From Macrostomum lignano (Eukaryota), in contig NIVC01002305.1 of the NCBI GenBank assembly GCA_002269645.1, forward strand, positions 121,340 through 185,339: 64,000 nt of DNA, read 5' to 3'. The notes beneath the pieces were generated by a model. The model did no database searches. It was not told the DNA's origin and saw only the letters and a list, made by a program, of their open reading frames with translations. The position numbers and the translations under genes were made by a program. Shown in pieces: positions 13,709-29,378 of the stretch. Position 1 is the stretch's first letter. Every line of letters starts with the position of its first letter.

Positions 13709-15318
13709 AAACTCGCAGCAGCACCCTGCCTCAGTGCAGTCCAACGCAAACGATTCCCAGGAAGGCTCAACGCCTGCGGCTCCAGCCGAGCCGGGCACCC
13801 TGAAGACGTCGCTAGAAGCGACTCCGGCTCTCACTAACATGACCGAGCGCTCCCTGGCCGACGCCGGCGCCGACGCCGACGCGAATTCCGGTGCGGCCGC
13901 TGTTGACGGGTCGACGCCTACGGCATCCAGCGACGGCGCAATCGCGACAACATCCGCCACCGTGCCCAAGACCAAACCTGTGCAGCAGGCGCCGCCGCCG
14001 CCGGCCACCCCGACGCCGTCAGTTACGTCGACAGCTTCATCGTCCACTGTCGGTTGGGTGGCCACGCCTGACTGGGTGTCCAGTTGGAAAAGCAAATTGC
14101 CGCTACAGACTATTATGCGTCTGCTGCAGGTGCTGGTGCCGCAGGTTGAGAAGATTTGCATTGATAAGTGAGTTCTGAGTCTTGCTGATTATGGAGTAGC
14201 TTGGGTCAGGGATGTGTCTTTGTGGGTCAGGGATGTGTCTTTGTGGGTCAGGGATGTATCTGGGTCAGGGATGTGTCTTTGTGGGTCAGGGATGTGTCTT
14301 TGTGGGTCAGGGATGTGTCTTTGTGGGTCAGGGATGTGTCTTTGTTGGTCAGGGATATGTCTTGTCTTTAGTGGGTCAGAGATGTGTATTTGTTGGTCAG
14401 GGATATGTCTTTAGTGGGTCAGGGATGTGTCTTTAGTGGGTCAGGGATGTGTCTGTGGATCAGGGATGTGTATTTGTGGGTCAGGGATGTGTCTTTGTTG
14501 GTCAGGGATGTGTCTTTAGTGAGTCAGGGATGTGTCTTTAGTGAGTCAGGGATGTTTTTGTGGATCAGCGATGTGTCTCTGTGGGTCAAGGAGGTGTCTT
14601 AGTTGGCCAGGGATGTATCTGGGTCATTAATGTATCTTTGTGGGTCAGGGATGTCTTTGTGGGTCAGGGATGTCTTTGTGGGTCAGGGATGTCTTTGTGG
14701 GTCAGGGATGTCTTTGTGGGTCAGGGATGTCTTTGTGTGTCAGGGATGTCTTTGTGGGTCAGGGATGTTTTTGTGGGTCAGGGATATGTCTTCGTGGGTT
14801 AGGGATGTGTTTCTTGTTGGCTAGGGATGTTTCTTGTTGGCTAGGGATGTTTCTTGTTGGCTAGGGATGTTTATTGAGGGCTAGGGATGTGTTTATTGTG
14901 GGTCAGAGATGTGTTTATTCTGGGTCAGGGATGTGCTTATTGATTGTTAGGGATGCGTTTGTGAGTCAGATATTTTTAGTTCGTGCCAGAGATGTCTATA
15001 TTTGTCTCTATGGCAAAGAAGTGTACGCTCTGTGGATCAATGCGTCGAAAATAAGTCGAGTTAAAATTGTTCAACTGCCCCCCTCACCAATGCAGAGGCC
15101 TCACTGACGACTCGGAGATTCTGAAATTTCTCCAGCACGGGACTCTGGTGGGCCTCCTGCCCGTGCCGCACCCGATCCTAATTAGGAAATATCAGGCCAA
15201 CGCTGGCACCACCATCTGGTTCAGGACCTACATGTGGGGCGTTATCTACCTGCGCAATGTGGATCCGCCAATCTGGTACGACACTGACGTCAGGCTGTTT
15301 GAGATTCAGCGAGTTTGA
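2198..15318 (+). CDS. HID1: HID1 (dymeclin/HID1 family Golgi and dense-core-vesicle protein). Ten coding exons: 2198-2263, 6349-6562, 7135-7244, 8425-8469, 8558-8611, 9237-9590, 10809-11520, 12581-12835, 13591-14167, 15096-15318. Total 2610 nt, 869 aa.
   Basis: All introns are GT-AG and the phases join into one frame. The translation matches HID1 throughout: MGNENTKLNYRKAVIQLTTRTQ|PVEASDNDFWDQFW, REESPSNLATLCYKAVEKLV, DLLFCPDFTV, DSCEYIWQAGVGF, HALPLFTSLLNTVCAYDP, SRVGLMHIGVFILLLLSGERNFGVRLNKPY, KLPLQTIMRLLQVLVPQVEKICIDK|GLTD and WYDTDVRLFEIQRV*. Gly2 (the myristoylation position) is retained. Exons 1, 4 and 5 are absent from the ORF track and were read by hand. Confidence 0.97.
4314..5093. 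repeat. Inverted repeat with permuted blocks (A 4314-4396, B 4437-4499; A' 4946-5029, B' 5031-5093).
   Basis: CAGCTTTAAAATGACACCTCAGGCATTGCAAAAGACAG and TTGTGCAGCTGCTGTGTCCTT...TTCTAGTCATGTC both recur as reverse complements about 600 bp downstream. Confidence 0.8.
5320..5351. mobile_element. Solitary right TIR end of a related mariner-type element in HID1 intron 1.
   Basis: GGAACTTTTGGGACACCCCTCG|TA resembles the end at 48780-48804. No matching left end was seen. Confidence 0.45.
6055..6240. repeat. About 40-bp tandem repeat with palindromic GGGATATCCC / ATCCC..GGGAT cores.
   Basis: About 4-5 copies of TCTGGGATATCCTGATCCC.TGAATCCC.GGATTTT. Confidence 0.75.
6735..7030 (+). repeat. 28-bp minisatellite AGAATCTCTAAAGTACAGTATGTCCATA (HID1 intron 2).
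   Basis: About 10 near-identical copies. Confidence 0.95.
7265..8355 (+). repeat. 26-bp minisatellite with core CAAGAATCGCCCTT and alternating variants (HID1 intron 3).
   Basis: Period 26 measured at 7921/7947/7973, with ..TACTCTTATTCT and ..CACTATCAACTT alternating. Confidence 0.95.
9655..10770 (+). repeat. About 31-bp minisatellite GATCCCCATCTTGAGCAGCCAACC.GATCCCA (HID1 intron 6).
   Basis: Tandem copies run up to about 40 nt before the acceptor at 10808. Confidence 0.95.
11660..12330 (+). repeat. About 20-bp degenerate minisatellite TTATGACCCCTTCTGAGCTT (HID1 intron 7).
   Basis: Directly visible tandem copies. Confidence 0.9.
12905..13500 (+). repeat. 22-bp minisatellite TGATCCCAATGAGGATCTGTA(A/G) (HID1 intron 8).
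   Basis: Period 22 measured at 12964/12986. Confidence 0.95.
14200..14935 (+). repeat. 19-21-bp minisatellite GGGTCAGGGATGTGTCTTTGT (HID1 intron 9).
   Basis: Tandem copies start about 35 nt after the donor at 14168. Confidence 0.95.
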
Positions 15319-15386
15319 TTGAGTACGGCCGGGACTCAAGAGATGTCAATGTTGGGATGAATTTTTATTATTTTTTATCTCCATTA

Positions 15387-15567
15387 GGGCCATAGACAAT
15401 ATGAGCATTGATCTGGTGTGGATTTCCATCCGTCAAATTGACTGCTCCACACAACCTCTTTTTTCGGCCATAGACAATAAAAAGCAAGTGTTTAATAGTT
15501 TGAATCTTCCAACTAAGGATTAAAAATAGCAGTTTGTTTCATTCAATACTAAAATAGTCTATGGTCC
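15387..15567. mobile_element. Putative 181-bp MITE just downstream of the HID1 stop codon.
   Basis: TA|GGGCCATAGACAAT ... ATAGTCTATGGTCC|TA forms an imperfect 14-bp inverted repeat with TA on both sides. CCATAGAC/GTCTATGG also recurs at 36745, 53855-53878 and 54340-54440. Confidence 0.45.
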
Positions 15568-16624
15568 TAACTCCTTGGCCATAGAAATTTATTTTGTAAT
15601 CCGTTAAATCTGTCAGTTAGTCTGCCCAAAAACATTGGACTGATTTTTCATTTTATTGAGTGAGTCTACTTTAAGTAGCTTTGAAAGGGGTATTTTTCTA
15701 ATTAATGGGTCAGGACGCATAAGATTATTAATTAGTGCATGCGTTGGTTGTCTTCAATCTTTTTTAATATCCGCTATTATTGATAATTAAAATGAGTTAT
15801 TGATTTTTGTTTTTTGGCTTCTCTAACGTTGGTTTTAAAGGCTTTAAAATTCAATAAATTCTGATTGCTGATAAGCCTGTCTTGTGTTTTACCTTCAAAA
15901 TTAATTATCCTTGTTTATGCTACTAATTTACAAAGTACATAGTGTCACTGATTGGCGTGTTATTAAAAAAATTCAACTAATTAAAACAGATTGTTAATCA
16001 GTGTTTTCGTCATATTTTAAGCGTTGTTAGCTAAAATAATTATATTTGCCTACTTCCACGTGTTGTACTAATATTTGTTTTAGTTATTAACTGTACTTAC
16101 AATCTTCATAAATTCTGTCACTAGTAAGTAAAGCTCTGTAAAATATGTAATTGAATTTTTGTTAAACTTGTGGGTCACAAAATTATAAATCTTATTTAAA
16201 ATTTTCGTATTCTCCGTGACACTGCTTTATTTAAATATATTTTGTTTTAATCAAACTATTATTTACACTTGGACATATGCATATATGACACATGTAATAC
16301 TAGTGCACTTTGGGTACTTGGAATATTAATTTATGAGCATGAGTCCATGACTAGAGCCCTTTTTAATGGCGTTAAAAATACTTTATAGACGATTTAGATA
16401 GTGATAAAATATTGTGTTGTCTCTGGCATAATTTTATTCTAAAGTGTAATTATAACATTTTTTGTTTGAAACTTCTCTATTAGTTAATAAACTACGTTTT
16501 CTTGATATTTTGCTTAAAACTTTTTTTTGTTCCTGAATAAGAATTTTGAATTTATATTTACAAATTGTAGAGAATTACTCTTTTGGTGGCAGTGAAATGT
16601 TATTTAGATTTACACACTTATATA

Positions 16625-17055
16625 AACCAACCACCACAGACCCCAACCCCCACAAGCCGAATCCCCACGGACACAAACCCCCCCCCCCACAGGCCCCACC
16701 CCCCTCAGACCCAACCCCCACAGACCCCAACCCCTGCAGACCCAACCCCCACAGACCCAACACCCGCAAACCCTAACCCACAGAGACCCCAACCCCACAG
16801 ACCCCAGCCCCCACAGACCCAACCCCCAGAGACCCCAACCCCACAGACCCCAGCCCCCACAGACCCAACCCCCACAGACCCCAGCCCCCACAGACCCAAC
16901 CCCCACAGACCCCAGCCCCCACAGACGCCAACCTCCACAGACCCCAGCCCCCACAGACGCCAACCTCCACAGACCCCAGCCCCCACAGACCCCAACCTCC
17001 ACAGACCCCAGCCGGCCAGCCCCCACAGACTCCAACCCACCTACAGACCCCAGCA
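16625..17055 (+). repeat. C-rich minisatellite CCCCCACAGACCCCA(A/G).
   Basis: Tandem copies. The minus strand is G4-prone. Confidence 0.9.
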
Positions 17056-17559
17056 CAGAAGACATCTTTAACTATTGAATTTTGCTATATTAGGCCTCAT
17101 CTAAAAAGATTTATTTATTCTTTTATCCATTCCATAATTATGAATCCTTTTATAGCTCGTCCTTTGTGTTCCGTGAAGAGTTTATCTTATTATAAAGCAT
17201 TTTTTCAATGCGAATATATTAATTATAATATTTTTGCCGGCAGTACGCATTAGCTTTAGTTACTGTTATTAATATTTTTACTTTTTCCTTCAATCGATGC
17301 TTGCATCAGCTTGCTTGCACTCTGTTCCGTGCCTGTGTGTCTCATGTCCACCATCTCTCATCTGGCTTTTTGTCGTCTGTTTTGACTATATAAACAAACA
17401 TGATAAATGAAAATATAAAAGTGTCTAGCTGACAGTTAACGTGGCGCACACAATCTCTAGATTTACCGTCTGTTTTAATGTTGTTAAACATGCTTGTTTT
17501 AGATTACTGTTAATCCGGTATACTTAATTTTCCATCGTTTGCTCAACCCAATAACCATC

Positions 17560-18550
17560 ATATGCTCAGTTGCTGGGCCAGCATCCCAGATCCTCAATTG
17601 CTGGGCCAGCCTCCCAGATACTCAGTTGCTGGACCAGCCTCCCAGATCCTCAGTTGCTGGGCCAGCCTCCCAGATCCTCAATTGCTGGGCCAGCCTCCCA
17701 GATCCTCAGTTGCTGGACCAGCCTCCCAGATCCTCAGTTGCTGGGCCAGCCTCCCAGATCCTCAGTTGCTGGGCCAGCCTCCCAGATCCTCAGTTGCTGG
17801 GCCAGCCTCCCAGATCTGCAGTTGCTGGGCCAGCCTCCCAGATCCTCAGTTGCTGGGCCAGCCTCCCAGATCCTCAGTTGCTGGGCCAGCCTCCCAGATC
17901 TGCAGTTGCTGGGCCAGCCTCCCAGATCCTCAGTTGCTGGGCCAGCCTCCCAGATCCTCAGCTGCTGGGCCAGCCTCCCAGATCTGCAGTTGCTGGGCCA
18001 GCCTCCCAGATCCTCAGTTGCTGGGCCAGCCTCCCAGATCCTCAGCTGCTGGGCCAGCCTCCCAGATCCTCAGTTGCTGGGCCAGCCTCCCAGATCCTCA
18101 GCTGCTGGGCCAGCCTCCCAGATCTGCAGTTGCTGGGCCAGCCTCCCAGATCTGCAGTTGCTGGGCCAGCCTCCCAGATCCTCAGTTGCTGGGCCAGCCT
18201 CCCAGATCCTCAGTTGCTGGGCCAGCCTCCCAGATCTGCAGTTGCTGGGCCAGCCTCCCAGATCCTCAGTTGCTGGGCCAGCCTCCCAGATCCTCAGCTG
18301 CTGGGCCAGCCTCCCAGATCTGCAGTTGCTGGGCCAGCCTCCCAGATCCTCAGTTGCTGGGCCAGCCTCCCAGATCCTCAGCTGCTGGGCCAGCCTCCCA
18401 GATCTGCAGTTGCTGGGCCAGCCTCCCAGATCCTCAGTTGCTGGGCCAGCCTCCCAGAGTGTCAGTTGCTGGGCCAGCCTCCCAGATCTGCAGTTGCTGG
18501 GCCAGCTTCCTAGAGTGTCAGTTGCTGGGCCAGCCTCCCAGATCCTCAGT
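17560..18550 (+). repeat. 28-bp minisatellite GCTGGGCCAGCCTCCCAGATCCTCAGTT (about 35 copies).
   Basis: A homogeneous array. The same unit occurs inverted at 30648-30760 and 33800-34052. Confidence 0.97.
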
Positions 18551-18924
18551 AGCTGACATTTCTAATTTTTCCAAAACAGTATTTCATTAATAATTCGAAC
18601 TGACTCGGACGCCGATCAAAACGCAGGTGAAGTAGTGCATAAACAGACGGTTGCCTGTCTGTCAATGCCTGTCCATTGAGAATCGTAGGCAGTACGTTGT
18701 AGTCAGGAATCTTTGTTTCAGTTGCATGGAACTACTAATTGAAACAATCAATGGACTTACATAGGTGGACAAATTTATTTCTATGAAATTTCATGCGCAA
18801 AGCTGTTGTATTATCAGTTTTTTGGTACAGTTGACTACAGCTTAAAACTGCATGCAGTTTTGGAACAGTCTTGAGAAAGCGAGAGGAGTACGATGCATTT
18901 ACATGTACATGCATGCTTATCTGC

Positions 18925-19262
18925 ACCGTCTGTCTGCCTGTCTGTTTGTCTGTCTGTCTGCCTGTCTGTCTGCCTGTCTGCCTGTCTGTTTGTCTCTGTC
19001 TGTCTGTCTTTGTGTCTGTCCGTCTGCCTGTCTGTGTGTGTCTGTCTGTCCTTCTGTCTGTCTGTCTGTCTGTCTGTGTGTCTGTCTGTCTTTGTGTCTG
19101 TCCGTCTGCCTGTCTGTGTGTGTCTGTCTGTCTGTCTTTCTGTCTGTCTGTCTGTGTGTCTGTCTGTCTGTCTGGCTGTCTGGCTGTGTGTCTGTCTGTC
19201 TGTCTGACTGTTTGTTTGTTTATCTTTGTCTTTCTGTGTGTGTGTGTGTGTGTCTTTCTGTC

Positions 19263-19310
<48 letters not shown>

Positions 19311-19385
19311 TTTCTGTCTGTCAGCCTGTGTGGTGTGTCTGTCTGTCTGTCTGTGTGTGTCTGGCTGTCCGTCTGTCTGTCCGTC

Positions 19386-19433
<48 letters not shown>

Positions 19434-19500
19434 TTTCTGTCTGTCAGCCTGTGTGGTGTGTCTGTCAGTGTCTGTCCACCTGTCTGTCTGTCTGCTCCAT
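18925..19500 (+). repeat. (TCTG)n/(TG)n compound microsatellite abutting the K2P stop codon.
   Basis: Begins within a few nt of the TGA at 19506-19504. Confidence 0.95.
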
Positions 19501-19503
19501 CAG

Positions 19504-24140
<4,637 letters not shown>

Positions 24141-24270
24141 GGCGCTGATTTTGGATTGCTGATTCGCTGACTTCGAGTTGCCTGCAGATTTGGCGAGAAT
24201 ATCTCAGTGACTCTGATCGAGTAGCTGCTTATTTCGAGCAGCCTGCCTCAGTATCAGTCCGTCATTCAAG

Positions 24271-25135
24271 TAGCCTGTCAGTCTAGTAGCCTGTCACTCT
24301 GGTAGCCTGTCAGTCTAGTAGCCTGTCACTCTGGTAGCCTGTCAGTCTAGTAGCCTGTCACTCTGGTAGCCTGTCAGTCTAGTAGCCTGTCACTCTGGTA
24401 GCCTGTCAGTCTAGTAGCCTGTCACTCTGGTAGCCTGTCACTCTAGTATTTGTTCATCACTTTATTAGCCATTCACTCTATTAGCCTGTCACTCTATTAG
24501 CCTGTCACTCTAGTAGCCTGTCACTCTAGTAGCCTGTCACTCTAGTAGCCTGTCACTCTAGTAGCCTGTCACTCTAGTAGCCTGTCACTCTAGTAGCCTG
24601 TCACTCTAGTAGCCTGTCACTCTAGTAGCCTGTCACTCTAGTAGCCTGTCACTCTATTAGCCATTCACTCTATTAACCTGTCACTCTATTAGCCATTCAC
24701 TCTATTAGCTTGTCACTCTATTAACCTGTCACTCTAGTAGCCTGTCACTCTAGCAGTCTGTCACTCTAGTAGTAGCCTGTCACTCTAGTAGCCTGTCACT
24801 CTAGTAGCCTGTCACTCTATTAGCCATTCACTCTATTAACCTGTCACTCTATTAGCCATTCACTCTATTAGCTTGTCACTCTATTAGCCTGTCACTCTAG
24901 TAGCCTGTCACTCTAGCAGTCTGTCACTCTAGTAGTAGCCTGTCACTCTAGTAGTAGCCTGTCACTCTAGTAGCCTGTCACTCTAGTAGTACCCTGTCAC
25001 TCTAGCGACCTGTCACTCTAGCGACCTGTCACTCTAGCGACCTGTCACTCTAACGACCTGTCACTCTAGCAACCTGTCACTCTAGCGACTTGTCACTCTA
25101 GCGACCTGTCACTCTAGTAGTAGCCTGTCAGTCTG
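24271..25135 (+). repeat. 16-bp minisatellite TCTAGTAGCCTGTCAC.
   Basis: Period 16 measured at 24541/24557. Confidence 0.95.
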
Positions 25136-25744
25136 GTACATAACTGATGACCAACATGATTAACTGATGAAAATACGAGCTTGAACTCATTTTTCACAGT
25201 TCCCACCAAGAAAAGGCGGTATTTCACTCACGAAAATGCGCTTTGACTCTTCAGTTTATTCCGAAATCTTAGTGCTATGGTAAATAAATCACTTTTTCAG
25301 GCATGCTGACCAGAAACTTATTACAGGACAGACTTGGGATTCCTCCCAGGTTGTTGATATCTGAGTTATTCGGGCTGCTTATTCGACCAGATCTGTGCGA
25401 CCAATGCCTGCGATTTTGATTGGCTATGGAGACCCCGAAGTCTTGATGTGAGCTCATGTTTAAGAAATACATGCTTCTGTTCTCAATGTTCGAGGCTTGT
25501 CCAGCTATAGCTATAGGACTAGGTGAGAATAGATTTCTTGTGAAGAGAATGGATGGATGAAATAGAATAATACTAGATTGGATTAGATGAGGTTTGGTGA
25601 GACTTTTCAAGATGAAAGCTGAGAATTTATGAGACTGGGAGAGATTAGATGAAATTTGGGTTGGAGATGAAATTGTATCAGATTTTTTTGACATGGAATG
25701 AGAATTTTTAAGTTTGAGAGTTTTGGTGAGTTTTGGTGAGACGG

Positions 25745-26300
25745 AGGGAGATGGGGTGAGATGTGGTGAGATGGGGTAAGATGGGATGAGGTGGGTGAGA
25801 TGGGGTGAGATGGAATAAGATGGGATGAGGTGGGGTGAGATGGGGTGAGATGGGGTTAGATGAGGTGAGATGGGGTGGGATGGGGTGAGATGGGGTTAGA
25901 TGAGGTGAGATGGGGTTAGATGAGGTGAGATGGGGTGAGATGGGGTGAGATGGGGTTAGATGGGGTGAGATGGGGTGGGATGGGTGAGATGGGGTGAGAT
26001 GGGGTGAGATGGGGTGAGATGGGGTGAGATGGGGTGAGATGGGATGAGGTGGGGTGAGATGGAGTGAGATGGGTTAGAAGGGGTGAAATGTCGTGAGATG
26101 CGGCTAGATGGGGTGAGATCGTGTGAGATGGGGTGAGATGGGATGAGTTGGCGTGAGATGGGGTGAGATGGGATGAGATGGGGTGAGATGGGTGAGAAGA
26201 GGTGAAATGTCGTGAGATGCGGCTAGATGTGGTGGGATCGTGTGAGATGGGGTGAGATGGGGTGAGATGGGGTGGGATGGGGTGAGATGGGGTGAGATGG
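25745..26300 (+). repeat. 10-bp G-rich repeat GATGGGGTGA.
   Basis: Directly visible. Confidence 0.92.
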
Positions 26301-26759
26301 GGTCTTATCTAAGTCGAATGGATAGAACTCAACGACAGTATCATTATCAACCACAGACTCCCAAAGTTGTTTTTTCCTCTTCAAAAACTCAACTTTTGGA
26401 CACCCGAAATGCAATTTAACAGGCGCTAAGAGGTCGTTGCTCTGCAAATTTAGGTTGGGTAGTGAGGCCGGTTCCCCCTAGGATTGGAGTGTGAGAGTAC
26501 AATTTCAAGCCCGATTCCATTTCAGGGATAAATTTCCCTGGGGAACACAAGTGCGGTGGATTCAAGTGCTGCATCCTCTGCTCAACTCGTAAATTTCTCT
26601 GAAAAAAGTTTGTTTCATTCAATGAATTGCCATGAATGTGCATAAATTTTAATTTGGACAAATGCTCAAAACCCCAGGGACTTTATTGGGTGAGATGGGT
26701 GAGAGCCTTTTCTCTAAATTCCCAGTAGAAGACGGTGAGGTCAAGGGTGCCTGTAGGTA

Positions 26760-27498
26760 CCAGCAGGAGACACCAGATCAGTGTGTAAATACCAGCATGA
26801 GACACACTAGATCAGTGTGTAAATACCAGCATGAAACACACCAAATCTGTGTGTAAATACCAGCATGAGACACACCAGATCAGTGTGTAAATACCAGCAT
26901 GAGACACACCAGATCAGCGTGTAAATACCAGCATGAGACACACCAGATCTGTGTGTAAATACCTGCATGAGACACACCAGATCTGTGTGTAAATACCTGC
27001 ATGAGACACACCAGATCTGTGTGTAAATACCTGCATGAGACACACCAGATCTGTGTGTAAATACCTGCATGAGACACACCAGATCAGCGTGTAAATACCT
27101 GCATGAGACACACCAGATCAGCGTGTAAATACCAGCATGAGACACACTAGATCAGTGTGTAAATACCAGCATGAGACACACCAGATCAGTGTGTAAATAC
27201 CAGCATGAGACACACCAGATCAGCGTGTAAATACCAGCATGAGACACACCAGATCTGTGTGTAAATACCTGCATGAGACACACCAGATCTGTGTGTAAAT
27301 ACCTGCATGAGACACACCAGATCTGTGTGTAAATACCAGCATGAGACACACCAGATCTGTGTGTAAATACCTGCATGAGACACACCAGATCAGTGTGTAA
27401 ATACCAGCAGGAGACACACCAAATCTGTGTGTAAATACCTGCATGAGACACACCAGATCAGCGTGTAAATACCAGCATGAGACACAGATCAGTGTGTA
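26760..27498 (+). repeat. 34-bp minisatellite CAGCATGAGACACACCAGATCAGTGTGTAAATAC.
   Basis: About 21 copies. Confidence 0.95.
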
Positions 27499-28239
27499 AT
27501 GCCAGCTCAAGCTAAAAAGTCAACAATATTCAATCATCATGCAGCAGTATCCCAGGCTCTATATGACGCTATTAACGTGGACTTCCTCAGCCAGACAGAC
27601 ATTAGCAGAAATCCCGAAGAGGCCGTCAAATTTGTGACTCGGAAAGTAAAAAGTAAAGAAAAAACTTTGCGGCTGATTAAATAATGCGAAGGACTCGACA
27701 TGCAAATTCGAAGAGTTCTAGCTCCCTCTCCTTCTCGGCATACTTTTGATTCGATAGAATTCTCTTTTCAGAATCGAATTTTCGTTTCTCGGTCAAACGA
27801 GCTAATAAATGCAATTTGTTGTTTCCTTATCCCGTCTCCTTTTCTCCCCTTTAGGTCCTTGCGCCTTTGAATTTGATTGCCAAACTAACTTTTCTGGTTT
27901 GGTCAAGCAGAGTTAAAGAAACGTCTAAGGCATGCACGATGTCTGGTTGAACAATTTTTAGTCGTATATAAGATTACGGCAGACAGTGGACTACATGTAC
28001 TGAATATTAGTTAGAGTATACTATTCGTTGAGTGCCAGTAAATAAGTGAGAGAAACGACATTTGATGGATGACTGGCCTCGCTAGACTTGAACTCTTAGG
28101 ATGAAAAGGATTGGCTCAATTCGACTTTAGCACATTTCATAACAATTTGGACTTTACTTTAACAGTCAATAAGGTTCTTTACAGTTTTGGTTGTTCTGTG
28201 AAATAGGAGAAATCAGTAATTAATTCTGCGTTCTTGGAG

Positions 28240-28660
28240 TGAGGAAGCGAGGTGTTTTTAGGGGTAGGGAGTGAGGTGGATGTTTTTGGGGGCAGGGAGT
28301 GAGGTAGATGCTTTTGGGGGCAGGGAGTGAGGTGGATGCTTTTGGGGCAAGGGAGTAAGGTGGGTGTTTTGGGGGCAGGGAGTGAGATGTGTTTTTAAGG
28401 GCAGGGAGTGAGGTGGGTGCTTTTGGGGCCAGGGAGTGAGGTGGGTGTTTTAGGGTCAGGGAGTGAATTGGGTGTTTTTGGGGGCAGGGAGTGAGATGAG
28501 TGTTTTTGGGGCAAGGGAGTGAGTTAGATGTTTTTGGGGGCACAGAGTGAGTTGGATGTTGTTAATATCCAGGGAGTGAGGTGGGTGTTTTAGGGTCAGG
28601 GAGTGAATTTGGTGTTTTTGGGGGCAGGGAGTGAGGTGGGTGTTTTCAGGGGTAGAGTGA
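28240..28660 (+). repeat. Degenerate about 29-bp G-rich repeat GGGGCAGGGAGTGAGGTGGGTGTTTT.
   Basis: Directly visible. Confidence 0.88.
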
Positions 28661-29378
28661 AGTGAGCGTTTCAAATCCAATATGCTAAAATAAAATGTAC
28701 GTACGCATATATAGGGAACTAAATTTCAATACAATACGGAGATGCAGCTCTCTAAATGAACTCGATGAAGCACTAACTTATTCAGACGGTTCCCGAAAAA
28801 GGAACACCGTAAAATGCAAATTCAATTTAATAGCTTGATCGTCAATCATTTGGCTGTTTCAAAGCAGAAAAAGCAAGCTTAAGAAGAACCGCCTACGCAC
28901 GAGTTTTGTAAGAAATTATTCACAATATTTACTTTACATATATCTATCATACATACGATGTATACAGAAGCCTACTGCACCCCAGGTGAACTCGGCATGT
29001 TGAGCAAACGTTTTTGCCCCTCCCCTTACGGTTGAACAAAATGTAGGGAAGACGAGAAAGGCGCGGCAAATAACTACGTCTTTTGCAGAACGAATTGAAC
29101 CGACGCCATATAATATTCAGTCACCCAGAGTGCTGAGGAATTAGCAATGCGTCCTTAACTTGACTTCCTCTTTTTAACCCCGTCGCCAAGGTTGCTTAGA
29201 CAGATTTCCCACGAAAGTAGGTTTGAGGGATTCATATGTTAGACTAATAAATGAATTAGACAGTTGCTAAGATGCTAAGAACAAAAGTGTGGCAAAATTC
29301 ATTGTCCCCCATTTGTCTTGCAGTATCGCGGTAGATGGGTCTGTGGGAGCATCATCGGGTCTGGAGTCTGGATCTATG

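Noticed and set aside
13520-14161. Poly-Cys ORF; also the antisense ORFs over RIM-BP (60786-61448) and the LINE (52002-52592).
   Set aside because: Antisense shadows of GC-rich coding exons (CAG repeats read as TGC).
16583-17071. Pro/Thr-rich extensin- or mucin-like ORF.
   Set aside because: A C-rich minisatellite open in multiple frames, with no signal peptide or splice evidence.
17539-18590. Three 320-340 aa ORFs; likewise the long ORFs at 7228-8356, 9705-10800, 12887-13455, 29289-30680, 31814-33365, 41335-42520, 55869-57020 and 61439-62623.
   Set aside because: These are translations of stop-free minisatellite units, open in several frames at once, inside introns or intergenic DNA, with no splice or codon support.
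26760-27498. CRISPR-like appearance of 28-34-bp repeat arrays (also 17560-18550, 31690-33332 and 48000-48520).
   Set aside because: Units are head-to-tail with no unique spacers, there are no cas genes, and the context is eukaryotic.
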